The notes: generated by a model not told the origin, from the letters alone. A stretch of DNA of 64,000 nt from Octopus vulgaris (GCA_951406725.2 OX597815.1:161572001-161636000); one strand, 5' to 3'; positions 1 through 12,704 are shown, counted from the first letter of the stretch. A program made the numbers and translations.

Positions 1-94
1 TTGCATTTGTATGTACATTATACATATGTGTACATATAAACACACACATAGTGATTGGCAGTTGGTTCAAACCGGAGATATTACCACCACCACC

Positions 95-137
95 ACCTTG
101 TGTGCGGATTTGGTAGATAGAAACTGAAAGAATTCTG

Positions 138-171
<34 letters not shown>

Positions 172-382
172 CTTTGTCTCTGTATTTGCCCTCACCCGCA
201 TTTGACAACCAGTGTTGGTGTGTTTACATCCCTGTAACCTAGGGGTTCAGTAAAACAGACAAATAGAATAAGTACCAGACTTTAAAAAAATAAATATTGG
301 GGTTGATCCGTTCAACTAAAATCCCTCAAGGAAATGCCCCAGCATGGCCACAGTCTAGTGACTGGAACAAGTAAAAGATAAA
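95..382 (+). mobile_element. SINE family A, 5'-truncated copy with internal (TG)n
   Basis: Matches body and tail of the full copy at 27180-27618 (ggatttggtaga..gaaactgaaagaa, microsatellite, ggtgtgtttac, cagcatggcc..tgactggaacaagtaaaaga). Confidence 0.8.
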
Positions 383-394
383 TGATTATTCTAC

Positions 395-650
395 CATGAC
401 TGACCACATTATCAGATGTTGTTACACATCTCCGGTCACAATGTGCTTTTTGTATTGGTTCAGCCTTCAAATGATGCCACCCTACTGGCTAGGCAAGCAA
501 GCCAACATTCCCACCAATCGAAAGGGGGACTGGAGCAACCTGAAAAGAAGTGTTTTGCTCAAGAACACAACATGCCACCCAATCAGGGAACTGAACCCGC
601 AATCAAGCAGTCATGAGTGCAACAACCTAACTGCTAGGCTATATGCCTTC
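395..650 (-). mobile_element. Degraded tRNA-derived SINE (family C)
   Basis: Minus strand has a tRNA-like head followed by gttgtgttcttgagcaaaacac; related copies near 3290-3465 and 60180-60455. Confidence 0.55.
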
Positions 651-694
651 ATAAAAGATAAAGGATAAAAGATATAAAAGGCTAAAAAAAAATA

Positions 695-1110
695 CTGGTT
701 TCAGATTTTGGTAGCAGACCAGCAGTTTCTAGAAAGGGGCTAAGTTGATTACATCAACCCCAGTACTCAACTGTTACTTATTTTATTATCAACTCTGGAA
801 GGATGAAAGGCAAGGTCAATCTCGGTAGTATTCGAGCTCAGAATGTAAAGATGGACAAAATGCTGCTAAGCATTTTGCCTGATATGCTGGCAACTCTGCC
901 AACTCAGTGCCTTATACAGAAGGGAAATATTGATTTCAAATTTTGGCACAAGACTAACAATTTCAGGAGAGGGGGTAAGTCAATTACATTGACCCCAGTG
1001 CTCAACTGGTACTTTTTTTAATTGGCCCCAAAAGGATCAAAGGCAATGTTGTTCTGAAATGCAGTTAAGCATTTTAATCGACATGCTAATGATTCTACCA
1101 GCTCACCGCT
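695..1110 (-). mobile_element. Two degraded family B SINE copies in tandem
   Basis: Reverse complement of the family B core (ggatgaaaggcaaggtcaa; ccccagt.ctcaactg.tactt) occurs twice. Confidence 0.6.
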
Positions 1111-1317
1111 TTATACATAAGAAAATATTAAGATATATGAGTATTGTAGTTTGCTTGAAGCATTGTAATATCAAAGAAGGTAAAAAGAGAGAAAATAGAA
1201 AGCTTCTGACAATGTGGAATGTTTAAGAAAATATTTATATTTCAAGTGCATTGCCAAAAGATGTCTGTTTTCTTTCTTTTTACCTTCTTCATTAAGATAT
1301 ATCTCGTATCCGAGAAT

Positions 1318-1605
1318 TTAGTTTTTTCTTTGCTGAACACTTTCTTTATGATGATGGCATTGATGACTCTGTAGACCAATTCTTGCATAGAAGAGTAGAC
1401 GGCATTGACTGCATGGTAATGTTGGTGGAGAACCTTTCTCTTCTGTCATTTGATTTCTTCTCTTTCTATTCTGGTGGCTTCAAAATTTTTGGTTCTGGTG
1501 GTGATGGAACACTACCACTTGGTACAGTCTTGAGTTTTCGTTCCAAATGATTTAGGCTCAATTCCAGTGGCTTTCAGAGTTGCTTGAGTTGGTCCTTGTA
1601 TATTT
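1318..1605 (-). pseudogene. RTE-clade LINE ORF2 3' end with C-terminal C2H2 finger, degraded
   Basis: Minus-strand translation with frameshifts and stops: YKDQLK..TLKATGIEPKSF..QDCTKW..NFEATRIEREEIK*QKRK..PCSQCRLLFYARIGLQSHQCHH. Confidence 0.75.
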
Positions 1606-2434
1606 CTGTAGATCATATACAATGCATAATCATAAATATCAGTAATCATCAAGAATTTAATAATAATTTATGAAATCATTATTAAAATCATCAAGACAAT
1701 CATTCCTCTTCCTCAATTTCACCATCGTCAGTATCCAGTGTTAGTTTATTTATTATCAGTTCCTCTCTTTCTATAAAAGTGGGATAGACTAAGACATTCA
1801 ATAACTTTCTAAAGCAGCTGTATTCTTTTCCATCATTTTGTCTCATTTGCTGCAGCTAAAGTGAGATGAACTCATTAATCACCTCTAATTTGATTGTCTT
1901 CTCTTTCTTTATAATCATTTTAATCTATTGTAAAAGTATTACAGGTTAAATCTAATTTTAAAGGTCAGTTGCTTCCTTTAAACTATCAAACTTTCATTTC
2001 TGGATATTGGTGAAATTTAAATTAAGACAACCAAAGAAGAACTTTGGAACGGAGAATTCACAGATGTTTATCAAAGAATCTAATGATTGTAAATCTGTTT
2101 GTTTCACCCTAAATATGCAAGATCAATACTCAGTAGATATTAATTTTAAAATGCTTTGAAACTAAAGAAGTGGCAATATTGCTGCAGGATAAATTGACTT
2201 TGATCAGTCAAAACCATTTAAGAGTACATTAAATGAAAGAATGGTACAAGAGCACAAGGAATAATCCAGTTTTTGCAATAGATTTAAAGGCATTATTACA
2301 CGTGTGTGTGTGTGGGGGGGGATTGTATAACTTTGTTAAACTATACATAAAAAATAATCATAAACAAGAGATTGTCAAAATATTGTTTATTCTACTTAAA
2401 TCATTTACACTGTGAGGGATAGTATAATTGGCCA

Positions 2435-2667
2435 AAGGTGGTGAGCTGGCAGAAACGTCAGCACGCCGGGCGAAATGCTTATCGGTATTTCGTCTGCCGT
2501 TATGTTCTGAGTTCAAATTCTGCCGAGGTTAACTTTGCCTTTTATCCTTTCAGGGTCGATTAAATAAGTACCAGTTGCGCACTGGGGTCGATGTAATCGA
2601 CTTAATCCATTTGTCTGTCTTTGTTTGTACCCTCTGTGTTTAGTCCCCTTGTGAGTAGTAAAAAAAT
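2435..2667 (+). mobile_element. SINE family B, full-length, with TSD
   Basis: Head ggtggtgagctggcagaa, B-box-like gttcaaattc; 15-bp TSD tagtataattg(g/a)cca at 2420-2434 and 2668-2682. Confidence 0.9.
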
Positions 2668-3644
2668 TAGTATAATTGACCATCTTAAACCCACTGTCCC
2701 TTTTACTGCCTAAATGGAATCACCTCTTTGTGGAGTGACTTGATAGTTAGCCTGAAGTGAAGGTCCCTGTCTACAGTTCATCTGTTATAAGTTGATGGGC
2801 AGTGCTCTACATGTGTGTGTGTTTGCAGGCATGCATGTGTGTGTGTGTATTTGAATAAAAGTATTTGGTTAGTGTTCCATATATTCAATGTTACTTTGAA
2901 AAAATGTTGAAAATGGTAATTGAATAACAAAAGCAGAAACAGAAAAGTAAGCAGAAATATATATATATTATGATAAAACAGATGTATTACATAATAAACA
3001 AAGTGCTTGAACTGGCTGTCCAGGTTCTCTATTATTTTATTCAATCCCAGGTCAGTTTGATTGAGCCAACCTATGATCAAAGGTAAATCAATCAAACTAC
3101 AACCAAACCATCATTATTTCAAAAATAGTGTATTTATTTAAGACTACATTATTATGATACCAGCTCTCTGCAGCCATTTACACTTGATATTTGAATAATT
3201 GCACAATAATTAAGGATTATCTCTCAAGTCAAAGAAAGACAGTTCTGCAATTTCCTACTGAACAACCTGCACTGATGTTTACTCCCTCCATCAAATTGAC
3301 ATTGCCTGTACAGGTGCATGGTGTACCACATGTTGAAGTGATCAAAGAGCAACATGAAATGATATTTGTTGTTCCAGAAACGCAACACACTGCCCAGGCT
3401 GGGAATCAAACCCACGATCTTGGAATCATGAGTGCAACACCTTAGCCACTAAGCCACAAGGCCACCCACTTACACAAAATGACACTTGTTTCATCTTATG
3501 AATTTCAAACTGAAATGAAAGAATCTCACCAAGAATTATAATTATATAGGGGTTGGAAGAAGTTGAGGAAAGAAGAAAAGATAGAGGAGAAAAAATATAG
3601 GAGAAAAGGTCTGGTCTGGGAACACACGGGGTGAGTATGTATAT

Positions 3645-3958
3645 AGAGGTGTTGTTGCTTGTTACTTCTCGAGCCATGCCTGGCTCATAAAGGCTGGTTT
3701 CCCATTTTCATTGTCATATAGGTTCCTCACCTGGATAGGATGCCAATCCATCACAGGTGAGCTGCTAGATGCAGGAGGGAAGAGTGAGAGAAAGTTGTGG
3801 TGAAAGAGTCAGCAGAAGTTCGCCATTACCTTCTGCCAGAGCCGTGTGGAGCTTAGGTGTTTCACTCATAAACACAAATATCGCCTGGTCTGAGATTCAA
3901 ACCCATGATCCCTCAACTGCGAGTCTGCTGCTCTAATCACTAGGTCATGTGCCTCCAT
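3645..3958 (-). mobile_element. tRNA-derived SINE (family D)
   Basis: Minus strand starts ggaggcacatgacctagtgattagagcag, has a degraded B-box, and ends in a (caa)-like tail. Confidence 0.6.
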
Positions 3959-4074
3959 GTATATATATGTAAACAGAGTAAATTTTCCAGACAAAATGGA
4001 AAAGGCATGTCCCGGGTGATGGCGAGAGAGATGTGCTAGTACAGCCACTCTGACTCATGGGGCTTACACTTGTA

Positions 4075-4630
4075 AACAGTTACCTCTGCCCCAGTAGTAG
4101 TGAGTAGGGATATGGTCTGGGGGTCAAGAACATCTGAGGTCCCCACTGCCACAGTCTCAACCATAAACCTGTCAGAGAGCAACTGATACTTTGACAGTTT
4201 GCTTTTCTCAGCTTGATGAGCAGTGGAGCCTGGGCTGGTAGTTGAATACACCTAGTTGCACTTGCAGATAGCCATCTCTGCCCCAATAGCAGTGAGCAGG
4301 GAGATGGTTGGGAGAGGGGGTGCAAAAATGCCGGTGGGGGGGGGTCTCACTTGTCACAGGCTTGACTATAAACCTGTTGGAGAGTGACTGATTGATACTT
4401 TGATAGTTTGTTTTTCTCAGCCTGACATGCAGCAGAACCTGGGCTGGTAGCTGAATGCACTAAGTTGCACTTGTAGACAAGCATCTACCCTGATAGCCTG
4501 ATGTGCAGGAGGTAAGAACACTGGTGTTCCTCACTGCCACAAGCTCAACCACGAATCTTTGACAGTTTGCTTTTCTCAGTTTGACAAGCAGTGGAGCCTG
4601 AACTGGCAGTTGAACACACCAAGTTGCTGC
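4075..4630. repeat. Degenerate tandem repeat, about 3 units of 160-210 bp
   Basis: Anchor tttga(c/t)agtttg(c)ttttctcag..gcag..cctg..ctgg.ag.tgaa..cac..agttgc recurs at about 4190, 4399 and 4558. Confidence 0.75.
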
Positions 4631-4743
4631 TGGAGAAGGTGTCACCGCAAATGGCATCCCAGATTAGGTGCCTACCACCACAGAATGGGAAAAGTGTCAT
4701 ACCATCAGGCCTTTTACTGTACCCTCAGTCTAGTCTTGCTGGC

Positions 4744-6138
4744 TTAACCCTTTCATTATTGTATTTATTTTGAGATGCTCTGTGTTTCTTTCAATTACTT
4801 TAAATAGCCTTCAGGTAGATGGCCCTGCTCAATCTGTAGAAAAGGTGTAGGTAGGAACTCTATAAGATGCACCAAGTGTAAGCTATGGACACATAAGAGG
4901 TGCAGCAATGTCAAAGGAAGGCTAACTAGGAAGATAGTTTTTGTATGTGGCAGATGCTCTGGTTCAATAAAGACTGAAAATGCGCAGAGACCATCTTCCG
5001 CCACATTCCAGGGAGAAAAACTTGAAATAGTTGATAGTTTCCGTTACCTAGGTGACCAAGTCAGTAGCGGGGGTGGGTGTGCTGAAAGTGTAATGGCTAG
5101 AGTAAGAATAGCCTGGGCAAAGTTCAGAGAGCTCTTACCTCTGCTGGTGACAAAAGGCCTCTCGCTCAGAGTAAAAGGCAGACTGTATGAAGCATGTGTG
5201 CGAACAGCCATGCTACATGGCAGTGAAACATGGGCCGTGACTGCTGAGTGTATGTGTAAGCTCGCAAGAAATGAAGCCAGTATGCTCCGTTGGATGTGTA
5301 ATGTCAGTGTTCATACCCGACAGAGTGTAAGTGCCTTGAGAGAAAAATTGGACCTAAGAAGCATCAGATGTGGTGTGCAAGAGAGGCGTCTACGCTGGTA
5401 TGGACACGTAGTAAGAATGGATGAAGATAGTTGTGTGAAAAAGTGCCACACCCTAGCGGTTGAGGGAACCTGTGGAAGAGGTAGACCCAGGAAAACCTGG
5501 GATGAGGTGGTGAAGCACGACCTTCGTGCTTTAGGTCTCACCGAGGAAATGACCAGAGACCGAGACCTTTGGAAGTATGCTGTGCGCGAGAAGACCCGGC
5601 AGGACATGTGAGGCCATAACCCATGGCCCCTACCTGGGATGTAGTCAGTCCACCTGTGCATACCTTCCTTCTTGGGACACATAACTCTACTTGTGAAGAC
5701 CTGTTGAGGCAAGTGAAAATCAAATCAAATCAAAATCGATGAACATCAATGGAATTTGTAGTTTTGTGGTACCAGTGCCGGTGGCACATAAGAAAACCAT
5801 CCGAACGTGGCCGTAGCCAGTACTGCATCGACTGGCCTCCGTGCGGGTGGGACGTAAAAAACACCATCCGAGCGTGGCCGTTCGCCAGCCTCGTCTGGCA
5901 CCTGTGTCCGTGGCACATAAAAAACACCATCCGAGCGTGGCCGTTCGCCAGCCTCATCTGGCACCTGTGTCGATGACACATAAAAAGCACCCACTACACT
6001 CACGGAGTGGTGGGCGTTAGGAAGGGCATCCAGCTGTAGAAACACTGCTAGATCTGACTGGCCTGGTGCAACCTTCGGGCTTCCCAGACCCCAGTTGAAC
6101 CGTCCAACCCATGCTAGCATGGAAAGCAGACGTTAAAC

Positions 6139-6204
<66 letters not shown>

Positions 6205-6368
6205 AACAAAAAATTTAGTAAAATAACTTAGTTATCATTCAACTAATGTTAGGAACATAAATTGTGACTAAGGTTTGGTGGAAGATTTTAATTCAAAACT
6301 TATGAAAACAAGACATTTGTACTCAGAGCCAGAGCCGGTTTCAGCCGGGTTGGTAACGAAAGGGTTAA
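4744..6368. mobile_element. piggyBac-like MITE split by an RTE insertion
   Basis: TTAA-CCCTTT at 4744 and AAAGGG-TTAA ending 6368; halves 4744-4805 and 6203-6368 join to the reverse complement of the MITE at 23246-23457. Confidence 0.8.
4806..6203 (+). mobile_element. 5'-truncated RTE LINE: RT C-terminal region, 3'UTR with ~60-bp repeats, (GAT)n tail
   Basis: FRYLGDQVSSGG..ARVRIAWAKFRELLPLL..MLHGSETW..RRLRWYGHV.RM..RGRPRKTW; stop at 5611; (gat)n at 6139-6203. Confidence 0.95.
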
Positions 6369-6989
6369 GCAGGTAAGGGAAACCTGTAGCATCTAGGCTA
6401 TACTTCATAAGGAAAGCTGGCAATGCAGTAAATTAAACTTTTGTTTTCTAATCACCTTATGATTAAATTATGCAAAGATCATAAGTTTAACTGTAAATTA
6501 GAGCTTACCTTTTAAATTGATAGTTATCATTTATCTTGCTCAGCATTAGCATTTAGGAAACTTATTCAGCAGATGCCTGATCTTTAACACAGAAATGCTT
6601 TCTGCTGTAAGTATTGTCAGAATTGGTTTCATGCAGATTTTGCTGCTCCCTAACAAGCAAGATATTATCTAATGTCAATTAATGCATAATTAATGCTTCT
6701 TCATAAGATTCCAAACTTAGAATTACAACACTTTAATATAAAAGTGCTATATCATCATTGATGGCAAATTGTTGTGGGGAGAAGATGGGAACTGAGTTAA
6801 AATCTAAGAGTGTTGATATTTCATACAGTCTCCTAATAACATTGGAGAAAGCATAAGTGCTACAACAGTATGTGTTCCTCCAGTTGTTGAAATTAATAGA
6901 GCTGATATCTCTTCAATGGATTCTTCTAATCATAAAGGACCAAGTAATTTAACACTTATCATTTGGGTGTATATATTGCAACACTGCGA

Positions 6990-7330
6990 GTGTCTGTGTC
7001 TGAGTGTGTGTGTGTGTGTGTGTGTGTGCATGAAAGCGTATGTGTGTGCATGCATGAGTGTTTGTGTGTGCATGTGCATGTGTGTGCATGTGCATGTGTT
7101 TGCATGCATATGTGTGTGTGCATGCATATGTGTGTGCATGCATGTGTGTGTACATGTATGTGTGTGCATGCATGTGTGTGTGCATGCATGTGTGCATTCA
7201 TGTGTGTGTGCATGCATGTGTGCATTCATGTGTGTGTGCATGTGTGTGTGTGCATGCATGTGTGCATTCATGTGTGTGTGCATGTATGTGTGTGCATGCA
7301 TGTGTGTGTGAGAGAGAGACAGAGAGAGAG
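6990..7330. repeat. Compound (TG)n/(TGCA)n microsatellite
   Basis: Visible directly. Confidence 0.95.
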
Positions 7331-7856
7331 ACAAAAAATGAAAGAGTCTATCACTGGCAGTGAGGGTTCTATATTTCTTTAAAAATCTTGAAATGAGCAA
7401 TGGTTATTTGCTGTGGTTTATCATTTATCTTAAGGAATATTATTGCTGTGTAGTTCTGAAATTAGATTAATCTCTATCAAGTGTACTGCTACTACATGAC
7501 ATAGCATGATTTTAAGTTTCTCGTGTTTACATTCCATAAGTGCAAGTTTTAAGGATGTCTCATACATCTGAGAAATGTACTAATTCATACCTGGTCAGTG
7601 AACTAATTGCAAAGGAATTTGCTTTTTGTTTAGCCCAGGTCAACCCTGACAAGTTAGCCCTATGACCAAAAGTATTCCAGCTTTGACTGTCACATCTTTT
7701 ACCCTGGTAAAGTGCACCCATAACCATATTATACAATGTATATGGTTATACTAAGGTATCATGGTGGAGTTTAGCAGGCCTAATGGCCATGAAAATCTCC
7801 TTCATAGTCAAGCAAAGGTATTTGTCATTTTCCACATCAACAATTAAAATGTAAAA

Positions 7857-8658
7857 TGTATGTATGTATGTATGTATGTATGTATGTATGTATGTATGTA
7901 TGTATGTAGTGTGTGTGTGTGTGTGTATGTGTGTGTATGTGTGTATGTGTGTATGTATGTAAGTAGGTATGTATGTATGCGTCTATGCATGTATGTATGT
8001 ATGTATGTATGTGTGTGTATGTATATATTATGTGTTTATGTATGTATGTATGTAATTATGTATGCATGTATCTATTATGTATGTATTATGTATGTATACA
8101 TGTATGTATACATGTATGTATGTATGTATGTATGTATGTGTGTATGTGTGCATATGTGTATATATGTATTATGTATGTATGTATGTATGTATGTATGTAT
8201 GTATTTATGTATGTATGTATGCATGCATTTATGCATGTATGTATGTATGCATGCATGTATGTATGTATGTATGTATGCATTTATGTATGTATGTATGCAT
8301 GTATGTATGTATGTATTTATGCATGCATGCATTTATGTATGTATGTATGTATGTATGCATGTATGTATGTATGCATTTATGTATATATTTATGTATGTAT
8401 GTATGTATGTATGTATGTATGCATTTATGTATGTATGTATGTATGTATGTATGTATGTATGTATGTATGTATGTATGTATGTATGTATGTATGTATGTAT
8501 GTATGCATGCATGCATTTATGTATGTATGTATGTATGTATGTATGTATGTATGTATGTATGTATGTATGTATGTATGCATGTATGCATGTATGTATGTAT
8601 GTATGTATGTATGTATGTATGCATTTATGTATGTATTTATGTATGCATGTATGTATGT
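7857..8658. repeat. About 800-bp (ATGT)n microsatellite with gcattt variant units
   Basis: Visible directly; source of the long MYVC-repeat ORFs. Confidence 0.97.
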
Positions 8659-9298
8659 ACAATTCAGGTGAGAGTCAGGATTCCTCAAAAGCAATCATGG
8701 AAAATTATTCATGGCATTTATTACATGTAAGTTATTTGAATTTCCAAGCAGATAACAAGAAACAAGCGTATTTTCACTAGATATTTACTTTTTAATTTTA
8801 TTCAGTATATAAAGGGACATTAAATAATAAATGTTAAAAGTAGCAAAGAACTATAAGAAGAAAGTCCAGTTGACTAATTTATGATGAAATATCTTAAGCT
8901 GTTGATTCATTCTACTCAGTTCTGTTCAGCACATGTTTGAAGTGCTGTGAATATAAATAAAGTGTAAGTAAGGACGTTAATAGCTTTGCTAAATATCTAT
9001 GTTTATTGTGTGTGGTTTATGCTCTAGTTATCTTTACTCTGTATATAATTATAGTGCTGACAGTTGTGTAGCTGTTGTTTTATAGCCCCAAGTTAAATGG
9101 CTGAGATTTAGCAGACACACTTGTGATTTCAGTTGCAACCATGCCATCTCCATAGAGTTATGTAAGGAGGGAGCAGTGAATGAATGAGATGAGGACAATG
9201 ACAGGAAGGCATGCTAATGATGATATTTGGGGCAGGTACTGGTATAAAAAAAAAGGGCAAGAGCAGGTGTTTGTTGAGTAGGAATATAGATGGGGTAG

Positions 9299-9699
9299 GA
9301 AGGTGGTGTGCTGGCAGAAATGTTAGCACACCGGGCGAAATGCTTAGCAGTATTTCGTCTGCCGTTACGTTCTGAGTTCAAATTCCACCGAGATCGACTT
9401 TACCTTTCATCCTTTCGGGATCGATAAATTAAGTACCAGTTATGCACTGGGGTCGATGTAATCGACTTAATCCATTTGTCTGTCCTTGTTTGTCCCCTCT
9501 GTGTGTAGCCCCCTGTGGGCAGTAAAGTAATTGGTATTTCATCTATCTTTAAATTCTGAGTTCAAATTCTGCCAAGGTCGACTTTGCCTTTCATCCTTTC
9601 AGGGTCGATAACTTAAGTACCTGTTGCATACTGGTATCGATCTAATTGACTGGCTCCCTATCCCAAAATCTCAAGCCTTGTGCCTAGAGGAGAAAACAG
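9299..9699 (+). mobile_element. Dimeric family B SINE within one TSD
   Basis: Monomer 9299-9530 plus a second core 9531-9699; 14-bp TSD tatagatg(g/a)ggtag at 9285-9298 and 9700-9713. Confidence 0.8.
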
Positions 9700-10450
9700 T
9701 ATAGATGAGGTAGCCGATATGCAAGACTAACATAAAAGGGTGAAGCTAGAGATGTATTGAGAAGGTAGGGAAAAGGCAGGTCCAAATGCAGCCCCTTATA
9801 TATTTAGGCCAAGAGAAGAATGTTGGGTGGGAGCTAAATGAAGAAAGAAGATGATAATGATGTGGGCTGCCCAGGTTGCAGAGATAACAGATGGTAGGAG
9901 GGTATGAGGGATGAGAAACAGGAAGGATTCAAAGTGGTAGGATAAGGTCAGTTTTGTAAGGCATGTGTATGTGTGTTCCTGTGTGTGTGTACTTATATAC
10001 ACATGCTTGCACTCATGTATGTATGTATGTATGTATGTATGTATATATGTAGGTAGGTAGTTAGGTAGGTAGGTTTTAATTTTTTTTATGTTGGGTTATA
10101 TTAAAACCAGTTTACATTAAATTGAAGGATTACTCTTTCCTTTCTTTGGCAAAGCAGGTCAACACTCCAAAGTCACTGTCAACAGTATTCTTCTTAAAGA
10201 TTAGCATGTGTGTGTGGCTAGATGAATAGATAGACAAAACTAAGTATGTACATATACATGTGTGTGTGTGTATATACATACATACACACATATATCATAA
10301 TGTAGGAGTTGTAAAATATATATTTTACATAGCACAAACAATGTATCTGATAAAGAATTCCCTATAATGGGTGATCTGGATTGAGATATATTTGTTATAT
10401 ATAAATTTTGAACAGCAAAGGATGAAACTCAGGTTGGACTGTCATATATA

Positions 10451-10481
<31 letters not shown>

Positions 10482-10554
10482 CATACATACATACATATAC
10501 ATACACACACACACAGACACACACACACAGACACACACACATATATATATATGT

Positions 10555-10885
10555 ATGTCACCTTAGGCAAGTGTCTTCTACTATAGCCTTGGGCCAACCA
10601 AAGCCTTGTGAGTGGATTTGGTAGACGAAAATTGAAAGAAACCCAGTGTGTGTGTGTGTGTGTGTGTGCATGTATATGTTTGTGTGTCTGTGTTTGTCGC
10701 CTCATCCTCGTTTCACAACTGATGTTGGTGTGTTTACGTACGTGTAACTTTGTGGTTTGGCATAAGAGATGGATAGTATAAGTACTAGGCTTACAAAGAA
10801 TAAGTCCTGGGGTCAATTTGCCCGACTAAAGGCAGTGGTCCAGCATGGCTGCAGTCAAATAACTGAAACAAATAAAAGGATAAAA
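10555..10885 (+). mobile_element. SINE family A, head missing
   Basis: caccttaggcaagtgtcttctactatagcc..aataagtcctggggtcaa..cagcatggctgcagtcaaat. Confidence 0.85.
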
Positions 10886-11081
10886 AAATATATACAGCAA
10901 GAGAGAGACACAGACAGACAGACAGACAGATAGACAGAGAGATAGCGGGAGAGAGAGCATGTACAGATAAACTTGCATCTAATGATGTTAAGTAATAGGC
11001 ATATACAATTCTAGTGAAACAACTCTATAATTATGTTTAAATTATAAATTCCATGCTCTAAAAAGTTATATTTTCCCATAT

Positions 11082-11140
<59 letters not shown>

Positions 11141-11329
11141 CGTGCATGCATGCATGCATGTTTGTGTGTTTGCATTATTATATGGTAGCAAGCTGGCAGA
11201 ATCATTAGTGCATTGGAAAAACTGTGGAGTTACTTTCTTTTACATTCTAGGTTCAAATCTCAGTGATGTGAATTTTACCTTTTATTTTTTGAGGTCAACA
11301 AAATACAGTACAAATCAAGTATTAGGATC

Positions 11330-11745
11330 AGCCATAGTAGCCAAGTTTGCGGAGATACCTGACAGCTGTTCTGGGACTGACATCAACTTGTTCTGCTATG
11401 TCAAAGGCCTTGCAATGAGGATTATCCTCCACACTTCTCTTAACAAAGAGAAGAGTCCTGACATAGGGCCCAGGTTGATCTGGGAAAGGTTATATGGATT
11501 CCTTCCCCTCTCTATTAGCTGCAGAAAATGGGATCCCAAGGTTTTCTGCAATTTTAACCCACAATATGGCCTCTTTGAAATTCAGACAATTCCAAGGCTT
11601 CTTTTGTACATGACATGATTATACAGTCACATACAGAACCTGAAACATAAAAATGTCAATTAATAAAAAATATGAACCTTTACAAGTTAGAATAAACATA
11701 AAATGATGTTTTATGGGATGTCTATTTACTTCTGTTGTGTCTGTG
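11330..11745 (-). mobile_element. Tc1-like transposon 5' fragment (HTH region)
   Basis: Minus strand reads MSCTKEALELSEFQRGHIVG*..KIAENLGIP..RSVEDNP..DIAEQVDVSPRTAVRYLRKLGYYG; TA-flanked TIR-like end at about 11745. Confidence 0.7.
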
Positions 11746-11844
11746 TATGTATACATACATACAGTATGCATATGTGTACTTATATATATATACGATTGCA
11801 TGCTTGTTTACATATACCTGTATACGCATACATATATCTTTGAT

Positions 11845-12385
11845 CTTTTATCTGTTTCAGTCATTAGACTGTGGCCATGCTTTAGTCAACTGCATTGACC
11901 TCAGCCCTTAATTGTTTTTTTTTTTAATCCTGATACTTATTCTCTTAGTCTCTTTAGCTCACCCACTAAGTTATGGGGACATAGATGCTCCAGCAATGGT
12001 GTTATGGAACAAACACAGACATGCATACATGCACACACACACACACACACACCATACACACACACACACACACACACACCACACATACACACACACACAC
12101 ACCACACATACACACACATACACACACACACCATACACACACATACCACACATACACACACACACCATACACATACACACATAGCCACACGCACACACAC
12201 CACACACACACACACACACACACGTATGGTGGGCTTGTTTCAGTTTCCATCTTACAAATCTATTCAGAAGGCTTTGATTGGCCTGAGGCTATAGAAGACA
12301 CTTTCCCAAGGTGACATGCAGTAGAACTGAATCCAGAACCATATGGTTGGGAAGCAAGCTTCTTACCACACAGCCATGCCTGTAC
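11845..12385 (-). mobile_element. SINE family A with expanded (CA)/(CACCA) interior
   Basis: Reverse complement of the family A head (ttaccacacagccatgcc) and tail (tttcagtcattagactgtggccatgc). Confidence 0.8.
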
Positions 12386-12651
12386 CTCTAAGCCACGCCT
12401 ATTCCTCTTCCAATAGGTTTATGCATGTATATTAGAATGAAAGATTGAAGAATATGTCTGTTCGTATACACTGAATTCTCAATATCCTTTCATTTCCATG
12501 TTAACATTACCAAACTGATGTATATGTAGATGTGAATGAACGGCAGTTATTTTTACTGAATTTTAATTGTTTTTTGATTTTTTTAATGGGAAAGTTAAGT
12601 GATTTGAGAAGTCTTTGAAATCTGAAAAATTTATGGCATTAGGCTTTTTTG

Positions 12652-12704
<53 letters not shown>

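Noticed and set aside
5093-5611. 172-aa ORF as a host gene
   Set aside because: It is the C-terminal part of a 5'-truncated RTE ORF2.
5770-5990. Regularly spaced repeats resembling a CRISPR array
   Set aside because: The whole 60-bp unit repeats with no unique spacers; it lies in an RTE 3'UTR, in eukaryotic context with no cas genes.
6916-8780. Long ORFs up to 306 aa (MYVC/CVCM/HTHT repeats), and many similar ORFs across the window
   Set aside because: Stop-free translations of (TG)n, (ATGT)n, (TA)n and (TAA)n microsatellites.
11082-11618. 178-aa plus-strand ORF
   Set aside because: Runs through a microsatellite, a degraded SINE and the antisense of a Tc1 fragment.
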